IMG/VR virus record: IMGVR_UViG_3300017748_000003
Coordinates: 10,021 to 74,020 of that record
Direction: 5' to 3' (one strand)
DNA length: 64,000 nt
From: a virus
Within the stretch, counting starts at the first letter, position 1, and the number at the start of each line of letters is the position of its first letter. This document shows, in pieces, positions 9,895 through 18,788 of this stretch. Position numbers and translations under genes: made by a program. The notes below the pieces were generated by a model that ran no database searches, was not told where the DNA came from, and saw only the letters and a list, made by a program, of their open reading frames with translations.

Positions 9895-10641
9895 CTATTT
9901 GTCGAGCTTCCTCTTTCGAGAACGAGTAGCTTTATTAGAACTACTTTCTTTAGTCTTCTTTTCTGGATCAATAGTAAGGTCAGTAGCTACCCAGCTTTTA
10001 CCTCTATTAGCCGCGCAAGAGGCGCAGTATCCAGTAACTAATCGCACAGCATCTTTATTAGGAGTCCAAACTAATAAAGTTTCAAATAGTTTGTAATCGT
10101 CTGCATACAGATCTCTAAGTATAACATTTCCTCCGTCAGGTATAAATGCGTTCTTTGCTCCAACGGCTCGCACATTCTTATTACTTCTAGCACTATATAC
10201 TCCTGAGTAATTTGACCACTCAGCTATAGAGTAAGAAGCGATAACTAAATTAAAGTGAGACTTTAACCACTCGCTCTGTGGCTTCATAAACTCAGGAAGA
10301 TCTCCACCTTTACTTGCGTGCTCAAGAATAGCTGCTCCTCTTTGGGCCGGAGTTGCATCCTCAGGCATCTCTAGTATCAAATCGAGCAACGGACCCGCAA
10401 ACTCATCGGGCTTAGTGAAGGCCAGTGTAGCCCCACTCTCAAAGCGAGCCTCTACGGGTCTTACTAGAACGATCTTCTGAAACTTCTTCCACTGATCGCC
10501 CAAAACCTTGCGGCACTCATCAGGCTTAGCCCATTTATCTAAAGTCAATTCTGATTCAAGCTTAAGCGCATTTCCCAGCGAATCGTTTCCAGTTAGAGGA
10601 TTCTCTACCAAAACTATCTTTTTTTCTTCACTAACTTTCAT
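9895..10641 (-). CDS. degenerate Sulfotransfer_2-like protein
   Basis: ENPLTGNDS (cf. HIPKTGGTS), VRPVEARFES (cf. VRNPxxRxxS), KPQSEWL, YADDYKLF. Confidence 0.5.
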   Translation of the reverse strand: MKVSEEKKIVLVENPLTGNDSLGNALKLESELTLDKWAKPDECRKVLGDQWKKFQKIVLVRPVEARFESGATLAFTKPDEFAGPLLDLILEMPEDATPAQRGAAILEHASKGGDLPEFMKPQSEWLKSHFNLVIASYSIAEWSNYSGVYSARSNKNVRAVGAKNAFIPDGGNVILRDLYADDYKLFETLLVWTPNKDAVRLVTGYCASCAANRGKSWVATDLTIDPEKKTKESSSNKATRSRKRKLDK

Positions 10642-10673
10642 AACAAGTAAAGTATTTGCACGAAGTGCGAATG

Positions 10674-11315
10674 TCAATGGCGGTTACGCCGCTTATGCCT
10701 AGTAGCCCTATTACGATCAGCACGGTTCTTATCTCTTTTCTTACGCATAGCCCTATCTCTATCCTCTTTCTTACCTCTAGCCATTTGAACCTTAAGCTTA
10801 ACCGCAGCCCTAAGACGCTCAAATCCTGTAAAAAGCAGTTGAGTTTGTTCTTCGTCAAGCTCTTCACCCTCTTTCGTTACAAAAGCTTCTCCGTGAGTAA
10901 AGACTGGATGATCAGTCCTATCTCTAAGTAATAACCCTCCCTTAGTAACATGGTTAACCGCAGTCTCAGACTTGTTCCTTACTAACTTCTGATACTCTTC
11001 CAAAGACGGGGCATACCATTCATGTGTTATATCGTCCACATCATACTCACCAACCTTTACGGTATAAAAACTAGATAACATATAACCATCACACACTAAT
11101 GCCTCAGTTCCGTGCATATTAAGAAGTTTAGATGACTTCTTTTGGCAAGGTATAGCTGGCTGAGAAGATCCGTCAGCACAATCAACGGTATAAGTAATAT
11201 CCCCGCACTTACTACAGATGTAAGCATTAACTCTAGGAGCCAGCCTAGAATGCTTAATAGTATTAATATTCTTAATCCTACTAGATAACCTAGCTATCCT
11301 ATCTTCTGCAATCAT
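10674..11315 (-). CDS. hypothetical protein with CxxC and basic tail
   Basis: 213-aa ORF. Confidence 0.55.
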   Translation of the reverse strand: MIAEDRIARLSSRIKNINTIKHSRLAPRVNAYICSKCGDITYTVDCADGSSQPAIPCQKKSSKLLNMHGTEALVCDGYMLSSFYTVKVGEYDVDDITHEWYAPSLEEYQKLVRNKSETAVNHVTKGGLLLRDRTDHPVFTHGEAFVTKEGEELDEEQTQLLFTGFERLRAAVKLKVQMARGKKEDRDRAMRKKRDKNRADRNRATRHKRRNRH

Positions 11316-11316
11316 A

Positions 11317-11562
11317 CTACTGACTAATCAGCATCTCTCTAAAAGAGTAATCAGAATGAAATTTCTGACCACGGCCCATAAGAACACCTTCTTTAAACTG
11401 ATAGCTTTTACCACTAATCAGATGAATCTCCATCGGGTCGTATAGTGCTGAGTTGTTCAAGGTATCTCTGTTTTCTGCCCAAGAGCCTCTTGATACGCAG
11501 CTTGCCAGCAGCGTCAGAGGAGTAAGCAGCAATAGAATCAATTTCGTCTTCGATGTCATCAA
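11317..11562 (-). CDS. lipoprotein, putative o-spanin
   Basis: Signal peptide with lipobox LLASC; overlaps upstream ORF. Confidence 0.5.
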   Translation of the reverse strand: MMTSKTKLILLLLTPLTLLASCVSRGSWAENRDTLNNSALYDPMEIHLISGKSYQFKEGVLMGRGQKFHSDYSFREMLISQ

Positions 11563-11656
11563 TGTAGGTCTCTCTTTTCCATTGTATATGAGCAGCGTAA
11601 GCCTTAAATGCGGCTGTCGCTGCGGTTAATGCAGACTTTACTATTCCCATCATCAT
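11414..11656 (-). CDS. putative i-spanin-like protein
   Basis: Ala-rich N-terminal helix plus charged coiled region; overlaps lipoprotein gene by 149 bp. Confidence 0.4.
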   Translation of the reverse strand: MMMGIVKSALTAATAAFKAYAAHIQWKRETYIDDIEDEIDSIAAYSSDAAGKLRIKRLLGRKQRYLEQLSTIRPDGDSSD

Positions 11657-12216
11657 AGAGAAGCAGAGTCCTTTTTAAACTTAGCTTGAACCTTATCCTC
11701 TAGCAGCAAGATAAAATCATCCCCACCAACCCTGTAGTGCGTTCCCTGTGTTCTAGACACGAATACATAATCTCCGTTATCAATTATTTCACAGTCATCA
11801 GACACCCCAACTACCACTCCGAACTCTTGTGTCTGCTTGCTACCCTCCGGCAACCAAAGCAAGCCCTTCTTCTCATCAGGAGGTAACATCCTCACTACTA
11901 TTCTTCTATTAACGGGAACTATAGAGTCTTCAGTAGGTAGAAAAGCTAGAATATCGCTCTCCTTAACAATAACATAACCTTCTCCAAGGTCTTGCCCTCC
12001 GAACTTTTCTAAAAGAACTCTATCGTCTTGTTGAACTTGCCAAGGATAATCTCCCTCAGGCCATCCTGTCCCAAGCCGAACAACAGTAGCCTCTGGTGAA
12101 CGTTCTGCGTTAGTATATGCGAGATGTATTCCTCCCTTAGTTTGTGTCTTAGCGTCATCCATTTTAAGGACAACCTTATCTCCAAGGGGTGTTAGTTTTT
12201 TTGGATCAATAGTCAT
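11653..12216 (-). CDS. groES: co-chaperonin with two tandem GroES domains
   Basis: PLGDKVVL..TKGGIHL..ESDILA, then second repeat PVNRRIVV..KGLLWLP..GVVVGV..GDYVFV. Confidence 0.85.
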   Translation of the reverse strand: MTIDPKKLTPLGDKVVLKMDDAKTQTKGGIHLAYTNAERSPEATVVRLGTGWPEGDYPWQVQQDDRVLLEKFGGQDLGEGYVIVKESDILAFLPTEDSIVPVNRRIVVRMLPPDEKKGLLWLPEGSKQTQEFGVVVGVSDDCEIIDNGDYVFVSRTQGTHYRVGGDDFILLLEDKVQAKFKKDSASL

Positions 12217-12309
12217 TAGTAGTTTGCTCTCTAGGTTAAAAATCGCCTCACCGAGAAGGGAGCGTTAGTATTGTAGTTAATCATAAGTAATTGTCCAGAA
12301 CTTTTGCAA

Positions 12310-12882
12310 TCAAGATAAATCAATAGATCTACGTCCAGTTCTTCTCCCAGACAGAACTATCATCTTCAAAGTCTCCTTCTCTTTAGGAGGAGCAACATCA
12401 ATCTCCATAACACCTGACCCGTCACATTTAGGGCATCTCTCAAGATCAATAAAATCAGAATCTCTCTTCTCAATCCGACCAGTGCCTGAGCACTCAGCGC
12501 AAGGAACCTGCATTTTCGTAGCATGGCTATCTACCTGAGCATCCAGAAAAACCAGTATGCATACCTCAGCCTTAGCCTCCCTGTCTACCTGACTATAAGA
12601 ACGATAATCTACTGCGAACTGAGCCTCTATGTCCCTGAGTAAATAATCAACTGCGCGAATAGCGGTAGTCCCTAAATCCACAGCGCACTTAGCGGATTCG
12701 TCAGGCAAGATATGACTACCTTCCTCCAAAACGTAAAACGCTATCCTAAACGCACGCTCACCTATCTGCTCATAACTCTTAATGGTCACAGCGGGAACAT
12801 CTACAGAGAACATATAGTTAAGCTTATCAACAATCCCTGCGCTAACTTCAGCAGCAGACATTTCGTTAGTAAGTGTTCTCAT
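12310..12882 (-). CDS. hypothetical protein with DnaJ-type CxxCxGxG zinc finger
   Basis: CAECSGTG and CPKCDGSG repeats. Confidence 0.6.
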   Translation of the reverse strand: MRTLTNEMSAAEVSAGIVDKLNYMFSVDVPAVTIKSYEQIGERAFRIAFYVLEEGSHILPDESAKCAVDLGTTAIRAVDYLLRDIEAQFAVDYRSYSQVDREAKAEVCILVFLDAQVDSHATKMQVPCAECSGTGRIEKRDSDFIDLERCPKCDGSGVMEIDVAPPKEKETLKMIVLSGRRTGRRSIDLS

Positions 12883-13076
12883 GGGCTAAGAAATCCTAAG
12901 TCTATTCCAAGTGCCTTCCTAACCTCATTTACGAACACGCCCCATTCCACGCATCTTGGATTGTTCCTCTCCCAAGTAACGAGAGGGCTGCTACCCGTAT
13001 CAGTAGTAACGAATACGATACCCTCAATGGAGTTTACTAAGACTTTAAAGCCAGATATATGATGCTCTTCGCTCAT
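12879..13076 (-). CDS. hypothetical protein
   Basis: Start reassigned to MSEEHHISG, just downstream of ligase stop. Confidence 0.45.
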   Translation of the reverse strand: MSEEHHISGFKVLVNSIEGIVFVTTDTGSSPLVTWERNNPRCVEWGVFVNEVRKALGIDLGFLSP

Positions 13077-13098
13077 TACCTTAATTTTGCACGGCGTG

Positions 13099-13935
13099 CT
13101 ATTTATGGCAAGGCCATACACACTCCTCTGGGCGTTTATCTTCACGCCACCTAATCTGACTATCCACTCCACGCACCGCATTAGGATGTCGCATAGATCC
13201 AGAGTCAAATATATGCCAGCCTTTCACCTCCAGCACCCTACCCTTAAACTCGTCAAAATTCTCAAATATATACCTCCCCTCAATATCAGTAAACCCCCCG
13301 CCAACCTTTACCTTACTCACAAGCTCCCCTTCTTCGTAAAGGCCGCACAGCAGATTACCCACCATTCCCTTACGCCTACCCCCACCTTCATTCACCCCCA
13401 TAACAACGTAGTCCATCGTAAACACCTGCTTACGCCTCCACACCGTAGAGCCTATGTAAGCCTCCTTACTGTTCTTCCAGACCAAACCCTCTGCATCCCC
13501 ATTCTCCACGTATTCGTCCCACAGAGCTTCGGAACGATCAGCAGGGTAATGCTCAGCCATCTTAAGAAAAGAGCAGCCGGAAATACATTTCTCAGCCATC
13601 ATCTTCCTATCCACGCAACTATTCAAATACACATCCTGACATCCTACAGAAATACAATCAAACACCTTAACCACTCCGGTATCTCCGTCTGCCCCTTCAA
13701 CCGCTCTCTGAGTCCCAACCAGATACTCTCCGATATACACTCCATCCAAAGCCTTAACCTCTTTCTCAGCTTTCAACTGACCTTGACGAGAAAAAACCTG
13801 AGCAACCCCACTTCTAACCACAACCCTAGCCCACCACCCATCATACTTAATCTCTACAATGTCAGCACCCCTAGCAACAGCAGTCTCGTGGTCCTCCACA
13901 TTCACATACTTTTGAATCCTCTTTGTAAAATCCAT
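13099..13935 (-). CDS. lig: ATP-dependent DNA ligase (minimal)
   Basis: EIKYDG adenylation motif, GEY, VFD, EGLVWK, OB-fold VGGGF and RHP..R.DK. Confidence 0.9.
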   Translation of the reverse strand: MDFTKRIQKYVNVEDHETAVARGADIVEIKYDGWWARVVVRSGVAQVFSRQGQLKAEKEVKALDGVYIGEYLVGTQRAVEGADGDTGVVKVFDCISVGCQDVYLNSCVDRKMMAEKCISGCSFLKMAEHYPADRSEALWDEYVENGDAEGLVWKNSKEAYIGSTVWRRKQVFTMDYVVMGVNEGGGRRKGMVGNLLCGLYEEGELVSKVKVGGGFTDIEGRYIFENFDEFKGRVLEVKGWHIFDSGSMRHPNAVRGVDSQIRWREDKRPEECVWPCHK

Positions 13936-13951
13936 ATACTGCTAGATTAGA

Positions 13952-14134
13952 CTAAGACGTAGAATGAGTAAACCCGCCAGTTCTCCTCAGATAACGATGC
14001 GTCACCAAGTCTCTAAGCTTAACATCATAACCCGCCTCGATAAGGCGAACAGCTACTTCCCTCTTCTCATCCCTAGGAATATCCTCCTTAAGACGAGCGA
14101 ACAACGATTTTGCTATATCTTCTTCCATTACCAT
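13952..14134 (-). CDS. hypothetical protein
   Basis: 60-aa ORF overlapping upstream stop. Confidence 0.45.
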   Translation of the reverse strand: MVMEEDIAKSLFARLKEDIPRDEKREVAVRLIEAGYDVKLRDLVTHRYLRRTGGFTHSTS

Positions 14135-14397
14135 ACACTTAGCGATATTCCGATATTAGACTGCACTACAACGTCGAAACCGTTTTCTACAAGAAACTCA
14201 GCACGCTCCATAGCATCCTCCAAGGTGTGCTTATATGAGAGAGGGGAAAACCCAGCATCTAACATCATCCTATGAGTAGATCGGAACCACTCTCTCTTAT
14301 CCTTACCCTCCCTAACCACCTTTGGGATTAGCCGATAGGAGAGGTATTCTCCCTTATCAGGATCAGGCTTATACTCAGTCAAATCGCATTCAATCAT
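14128..14397 (-). CDS. hypothetical protein (leaderless)
   Basis: ATG 8 nt after -10 box of repeated promoter. Confidence 0.6.
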   Translation of the reverse strand: MIECDLTEYKPDPDKGEYLSYRLIPKVVREGKDKREWFRSTHRMMLDAGFSPLSYKHTLEDAMERAEFLVENGFDVVVQSNIGISLSVW

Positions 14398-14405
14398 AAC
14401 AAGAC

Positions 14406-14433
14406 ACTATAGCACAGAATAGAATATTTGCAA
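14406..14433 (-). promoter_or_regulatory. sigma70-type promoter TTGCAA-N16-TATAGT
   Basis: Member of ~20-copy promoter family. Confidence 0.8.
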
Positions 14434-14988
14434 GCAAAAAACATATAACTATCCAAATTTATTATTGCACGAACGTGCAAACTGTCGTTAAGGCAACCCA
14501 CAAATGACAAGGGGGAAACCCAGCGGAATGGAAGAGGGTATAGGCGAGCGTAGCGAAGCCGACGCGCGACACACTACTCACCCAATAACCTTCCACGATA
14601 CCCCACACAGACCAGACCACGCCGACAATCAATTAAAACAATACCCAAATCTTTATTCGCTATCTATAACCCTGTTTGTTTGCAATACTATAAAAAACCA
14701 ACATAAATACCCCACGGGACAAACTCTGTTCAGAGCCGGGGGGCACCAGGGAATTTAACCCCCCACCCCCCTCTGTTGAGGACGGGCTACACTAAGAGAG
14801 TAAAGCCCTACGCCAACCCTCCAAAGCTACGACAAGGAGCCTACCACCTCACGGTGTTATCACCAGCGCACTACGGGCAGAACCGTAAGAGTGTGTAAGC
14901 GGACGCAAAGAGACCCTCTAACCTACGAGAAGCAAGAGGGTCTACTCTGTTGTGTTAATACTGTGTAGCGGGGCTAAGGCCCACCGCG

Positions 14989-15207
14989 CTAGTCTTCGTC
15001 CGCGAACCAAGAGCCAAAGCTAACCTCTAGGGAGAAGTTACGTTCTGCTGTAATGCTCTTAGGGAATGTCTCCGCTAGGAGTTCTCGAAAGACTTGGTTT
15101 GCGCGTGCCACAGCGTCAGGTCTGTCGGTTGCCCTAACGAAGAAGGTAGTGTAACGCTGGCCGCTTGACTTTATGATTGAGCTAACTGTATACCAATGCT
15201 TGTCCAT
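14989..15207 (-). CDS. hypothetical early-region protein
   Basis: 72-aa ORF in tandem with neighbours. Confidence 0.55.
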   Translation of the reverse strand: MDKHWYTVSSIIKSSGQRYTTFFVRATDRPDAVARANQVFRELLAETFPKSITAERNFSLEVSFGSWFADED

Positions 15208-15210
15208 ATT

Positions 15211-15489
15211 TTATTCTCCTGTAAAGCGGCTAATAGGTAGGGCGTAGACTCTCTTGGACTTGGCCCATGCCCCGCCCTCCGATGATAGCGAGTCGTAGCA
15301 GTCAAATAGGTTGTCGAACTCATACTCAAGTCTAAGGATCTCAACCTTCCCCTCATTATCTCCCCACTGTTCAACGTAGTCCTCTACTCCGTATTCGGCC
15401 ACGAGCGCGATGCACTCCTTCTTAGTCCTAGCGCGGACGCTGTAGCAATCTTCTGCGCAGTGTTCTGCTTTCCAAACTATTAACTTCAT
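15211..15489 (-). CDS. hypothetical early-region protein
   Basis: 92-aa ORF. Confidence 0.6.
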   Translation of the reverse strand: MKLIVWKAEHCAEDCYSVRARTKKECIALVAEYGVEDYVEQWGDNEGKVEILRLEYEFDNLFDCYDSLSSEGGAWAKSKRVYALPISRFTGE

Positions 15490-15509
15490 AGTCTTATCCT
15501 TTCTACTGG

Positions 15510-15632
15510 CTACCCTGCTGCGTTAAGGATGATGTAATGCTTACCGACCCATGCGGCAAACAGTCCAGCCGCGATTAGCACGGCACTAATGATGATGAAT
15601 GTCTTGGTGATCTCTAATAGGATGTTTTTCAT
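15510..15632 (-). CDS. small membrane peptide (leaderless)
   Basis: MKNILLEITK.. with one hydrophobic helix; ATG 8 nt after -10. Confidence 0.55.
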   Translation of the reverse strand: MKNILLEITKTFIIISAVLIAAGLFAAWVGKHYIILNAAG

Positions 15633-15640
15633 AACACCCA

Positions 15641-15668
15641 AGTATAGCTCACCCACGAACATTTGCAA
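15641..15668 (-). promoter_or_regulatory. promoter TTGCAA-N16-TATACT
   Basis: Repeated family. Confidence 0.8.
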
Positions 15669-15711
15669 GCAATAAATGCATATTTTTTTTAACTTTCTTT
15701 GCACGGCGTGC

Positions 15712-15738
15712 AAAAGGGAGGACCGCTAAGCCCTCCCT
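15712..15738 (-). terminator. Rho-independent terminator
   Basis: AGGGAGGGC-loop-GTCCTCCCT then T-run. Confidence 0.65.
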
Positions 15739-15770
15739 CTAGTCTCCCACTCGGGGTTTGCGTTCCCAGC

Positions 15771-15995
15771 CTACAGTAGGCCCTCCTCTGCCATCTGCTC
15801 TACCGATGGTAGGGTCGCTGCATACTTCTGTAAGTCTGAGATAATGTCTTCTAGGATTTCTCTGTAATGCTGAGAATCCAAAGCTGACCTGCTGTTAAAC
15901 TCTACCGTCCGGTCAATCTCCTCCTTAATCATTCTGTGAAGGACATCGGAGTAAGCCTTGTTTAAGTATTCTTCTGTTTGGGTAATTTGATTCAT
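15771..15995 (-). CDS. hypothetical early-region protein
   Basis: 74-aa ORF. Confidence 0.55.
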   Translation of the reverse strand: MNQITQTEEYLNKAYSDVLHRMIKEEIDRTVEFNSRSALDSQHYREILEDIISDLQKYAATLPSVEQMAEEGLL

Positions 15996-16052
15996 GGCTT
16001 GGATGGGTTTGCATAGCCCTCCCGCCGTAACGGGAGAGCATCTGCGCTTGTG

Positions 16053-16262
16053 TTATGAAAACAGATTCTCTTCGTCTTCGATTGCCATTGCTCCGGCGGC
16101 GAACGTTGCCACGCCCGGGTGGAGGAACTCATCCTCCATCCACTCTAGGTCTTCCGCGCTACTGCTCTCAGCATAACGCCCGTGTTGAAGGGCTAACCCG
16201 ATTGACTCGGCCATTGGCTTGTGGGTCTCGACCCCTGATGTGATTTGATCTAATAGATTCAT
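16053..16262 (-). CDS. hypothetical acidic early-region protein
   Basis: Start reassigned to MNLLDQITSG. Confidence 0.5.
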   Translation of the reverse strand: MNLLDQITSGVETHKPMAESIGLALQHGRYAESSSAEDLEWMEDEFLHPGVATFAAGAMAIEDEENLFS

Positions 16263-16316
16263 TTGGTTTGTATTGGTCTGTGGTTGTGGCAAGCGCAACC
16301 TGCGCTCACCTATAAA

Positions 16317-16344
16317 AGTATAACTCAGGAATGATTCTTTGCAA
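16317..16344 (-). promoter_or_regulatory. promoter TTGCAA-N16-TATACT
   Basis: Repeated family. Confidence 0.8.
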
Positions 16345-16640
16345 GTAATAAATGCATATTTTTTTCAGCTAATAAATTCTCTAGCGATTCCCTTGAGGTG
16401 AAAGACGATCTGACTAAACCTCCTCCTTACGACGCACATTAAGATGCAGCCAAGGTGCAGCGTAATTCTTGCTGTCATAGTAAGATAAGACCGTCAGTGT
16501 TGTGGCCCTTGCGCCTCGCTTTCTTAACGACGGATGCTAAGACCTTTCGGATTTGGTAAGGCGACGGATTGCGCTTCCGCATCTCGGTCCGTATAAAATT
16601 CATCGCCTCCCGCTGATCGGGAGGTAGATGGTCATTCGGG

Positions 16641-16853
16641 TTAGGCTTCATTGAGCAGATTTATCACGGATCTAATGAGACGCGCATTCATCGCGTGCAC
16701 GGATTTAGAGTATTCGTCTACGTTGCAAGCACCGGCCCACTGAGCCGACCGCAGCAGTAAACTCTCTAGGGCTTCAATGTCTCGATCTTCTGATGCTCGC
16801 GCCACTAATCCCGTAAAAACGGGCGTATCCATATATTGGTTTTCGTTTTTCAT
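16641..16853 (-). CDS. hypothetical protein (leaderless)
   Basis: ATG 8 nt after -10 (TATGCT). Confidence 0.6.
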   Translation of the reverse strand: MKNENQYMDTPVFTGLVARASEDRDIEALESLLLRSAQWAGACNVDEYSKSVHAMNARLIRSVINLLNEA

Positions 16854-16861
16854 AACACCAC

Positions 16862-16889
16862 AGCATAGCTCAGCTATGATTCTTTGCAA
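16862..16889 (-). promoter_or_regulatory. promoter TTGCAA-N16-TATGCT
   Basis: Repeated family. Confidence 0.8.
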
Positions 16890-16916
16890 GTAAATAATAC
16901 ATATTTTTTTCGGAAA

Positions 16917-17150
16917 TCAGGCAAACTCAGTCCATTCGGACACCCACTCAGACTCAGAAATCTGCTTCCACTTCTTCCCAGGATCAAGATCGAGCGTAGG
17001 ATAAAGCGGCGAAGTGTCGATCAAATCCCAAGGCTCGGTCGAAATCTCCGGGCCAGTATATACAGCGACGACCTCTCGGCCATCCTTGCCGTAGTCCAAC
17101 ATCAGGGCGGAAGAATCCAGCCCAGCGACATAATGATATCTTGTTTTCAT
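16917..17150 (-). CDS. hypothetical protein (leaderless)
   Basis: ATG 8 nt after -10. Confidence 0.6.
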   Translation of the reverse strand: MKTRYHYVAGLDSSALMLDYGKDGREVVAVYTGPEISTEPWDLIDTSPLYPTLDLDPGKKWKQISESEWVSEWTEFA

Positions 17151-17158
17151 AACACCCA

Positions 17159-17186
17159 AGTATAGCTCAGGAATGATTCTTTGCAA
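17159..17186 (-). promoter_or_regulatory. promoter TTGCAA-N16-TATACT
   Basis: Repeated family. Confidence 0.8.
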
Positions 17187-17394
17187 GTAAATAATGCATA
17201 TTTTTTTGCACGACCGGCAAAATGGGCAAAAACCTTCATTTCGCCCCTAATCCATCCTAAAGCTTTTCAAGGGTCCCCACAGCGGAGAGGGTCCCGGACG
17301 CGCCTACGGCCCTCCTGTGGCCCGTTTCTATGTCAGCATTAATGTAGGCATTTTCATACGCTAGCGTTGCGTCCCAGTAACAAGTCACCCCCAT

Positions 17395-17422
17395 AATATA
17401 GCTCAGTATCGTTTATTTGCAA
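17395..17422 (-). promoter_or_regulatory. promoter TTGCAA-N16-TATATT
   Basis: Repeated family; downstream product unclear. Confidence 0.65.
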
Positions 17423-18180
17423 ACTTTTATTTTGGCGCGATCGCGGCGGTCAATCTAGACTAATCTGCCGCTCGGGTCTCCAATTAGGTCGGCCCCATTT
17501 ATCGGTGCGCGTTAGTCCCGGTTAGGTTGCGCCGCTTAGCTTGGCCTTAGTCCGTGGCCTTAGTCGGCGGTTAGGTTGTGGCCTAAACATTTGCACGGTC
17601 GGGCAAACGGTTGGTGCGGCGGTAAGACGGAGGCTAGTGTTGTGAGTTGTCTTATCGGTAAAGCAGACAGTCAGCTTAGTGTGTTAGCCGAGGTAGAGTT
17701 AGTGTGTTGTCGGAGCGTAGAGTTGGCTGTTGTTTTCTTTAGCGGTGCATATCTTATGCTCGGTCTTGCACGAACGTGCATCTTCGACTTGGCTAAATCC
17801 TTTGTATCAACGACTTACATAATCCTTCAATTATCTCTTATATTCTGTCTTGTCTTATGTCTTGTATGGGGTTTTAAGTTGTCCCTGCCGCAGACCTAAT
17901 CCTTAGTATTACTCTTCCTCTAAAGGGGAAACCTTGTCCTTATACCTGCCGCAAATCTGTTAAGTTATCTCTTAGATTATCCTAAATCTAAATCCTTCAC
18001 GCAAAGGTAAACCGCAATCGTTAAGTAAATCCTAAGATATTTAAGTTACATATTGACTTGGGTATTAGTGTTACCACAGGCTTGCCGCAAAGCTAAGCTC
18101 TCTTGCCGCACCTAACGCGCCGTAATACATAAGCAGGGATTACCACGGCGGATTATATGATCGGCGCGTCTAAAGCGATC
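17423..18180. other. long non-coding region with short repeats (candidate genome terminus / pac / origin)
   Basis: No credible ORF; TGCCGCA repeats at 17886, 17947, 18083, 18104; IHF-consensus TATCAACGACTTA at 17805-17817. Confidence 0.45.
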
Positions 18181-18393
18181 TTACGAAGAGATAACCTCCG
18201 TTTTGAGGAAGCCGTGAATTGGATTCTCAAAGGCGTGGTCGAACTGGTAAATCTCGTCAAACCCGTATAGGACGGTCGCATCAACGAACTCGGTGTCATC
18301 TCGATCCACTACGATCAGGTCGTAACCTGCAAGCATCGCCCCCTTAAAAGTCTTCGGGTCAATCTGGGTAAAAGTGTTTTTGAAGGTAGTCAT
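18181..18393 (-). CDS. hypothetical protein
   Basis: 70-aa ORF. Confidence 0.55.
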   Translation of the reverse strand: MTTFKNTFTQIDPKTFKGAMLAGYDLIVVDRDDTEFVDATVLYGFDEIYQFDHAFENPIHGFLKTEVISS

Positions 18394-18429
18394 TATGTTG
18401 TTGGATTCTCGGTTTGCACGGTGTGCGAA

Positions 18430-18747
18430 TTATCTAGTAGCATACATTCCATCTTCAAATACGATTGGGTCAGACCCATCACGCTCCAGATACCACTCCC
18501 AATCTCGCTGGTATAAAGAACATTCCGCTGGCATATACTGATTAATGCGAGCTTTGGTGGTAACTGTTCTCCAGCCTCCACTGTCTAGGATAACAGAACC
18601 GTCAGGGCGGTAAGTAACTATGTCAGTTCTGTGTAGACGCACTGCAATCTCTCCTCCCGGTCTGCGCTGTAAGTAGGTGTTATTTCCAATCCTTCGGGAT
18701 TCATGGCATCTTCCAGTAAGAAGCTCGTTAGCTTTAGTGTAGTTCAT
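18430..18747 (-). CDS. conserved phage hypothetical protein
   Basis: NNT..VRLH.TDI..GGWRTVTTKARIN pattern, a widespread phage family; start at MNYTKAN. Confidence 0.65.
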   Translation of the reverse strand: MNYTKANELLTGRCHESRRIGNNTYLQRRPGGEIAVRLHRTDIVTYRPDGSVILDSGGWRTVTTKARINQYMPAECSLYQRDWEWYLERDGSDPIVFEDGMYATR

Positions 18748-18788
18748 ATTGTGTATTGGTAGTAGGTGTTTATCTGTAACTATTTGGC

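Noticed and set aside
13087-13950. 287-aa plus-strand ORF and the other plus-strand ORFs in the track
   Set aside because: Antisense shadows of well-supported minus-strand genes (here the ligase); His/Pro/Leu-biased with no motifs
14542-14570. GAGCGTAGCGAAGC resembling a plasmid primosome assembly site
   Set aside because: A single short match with no supporting context
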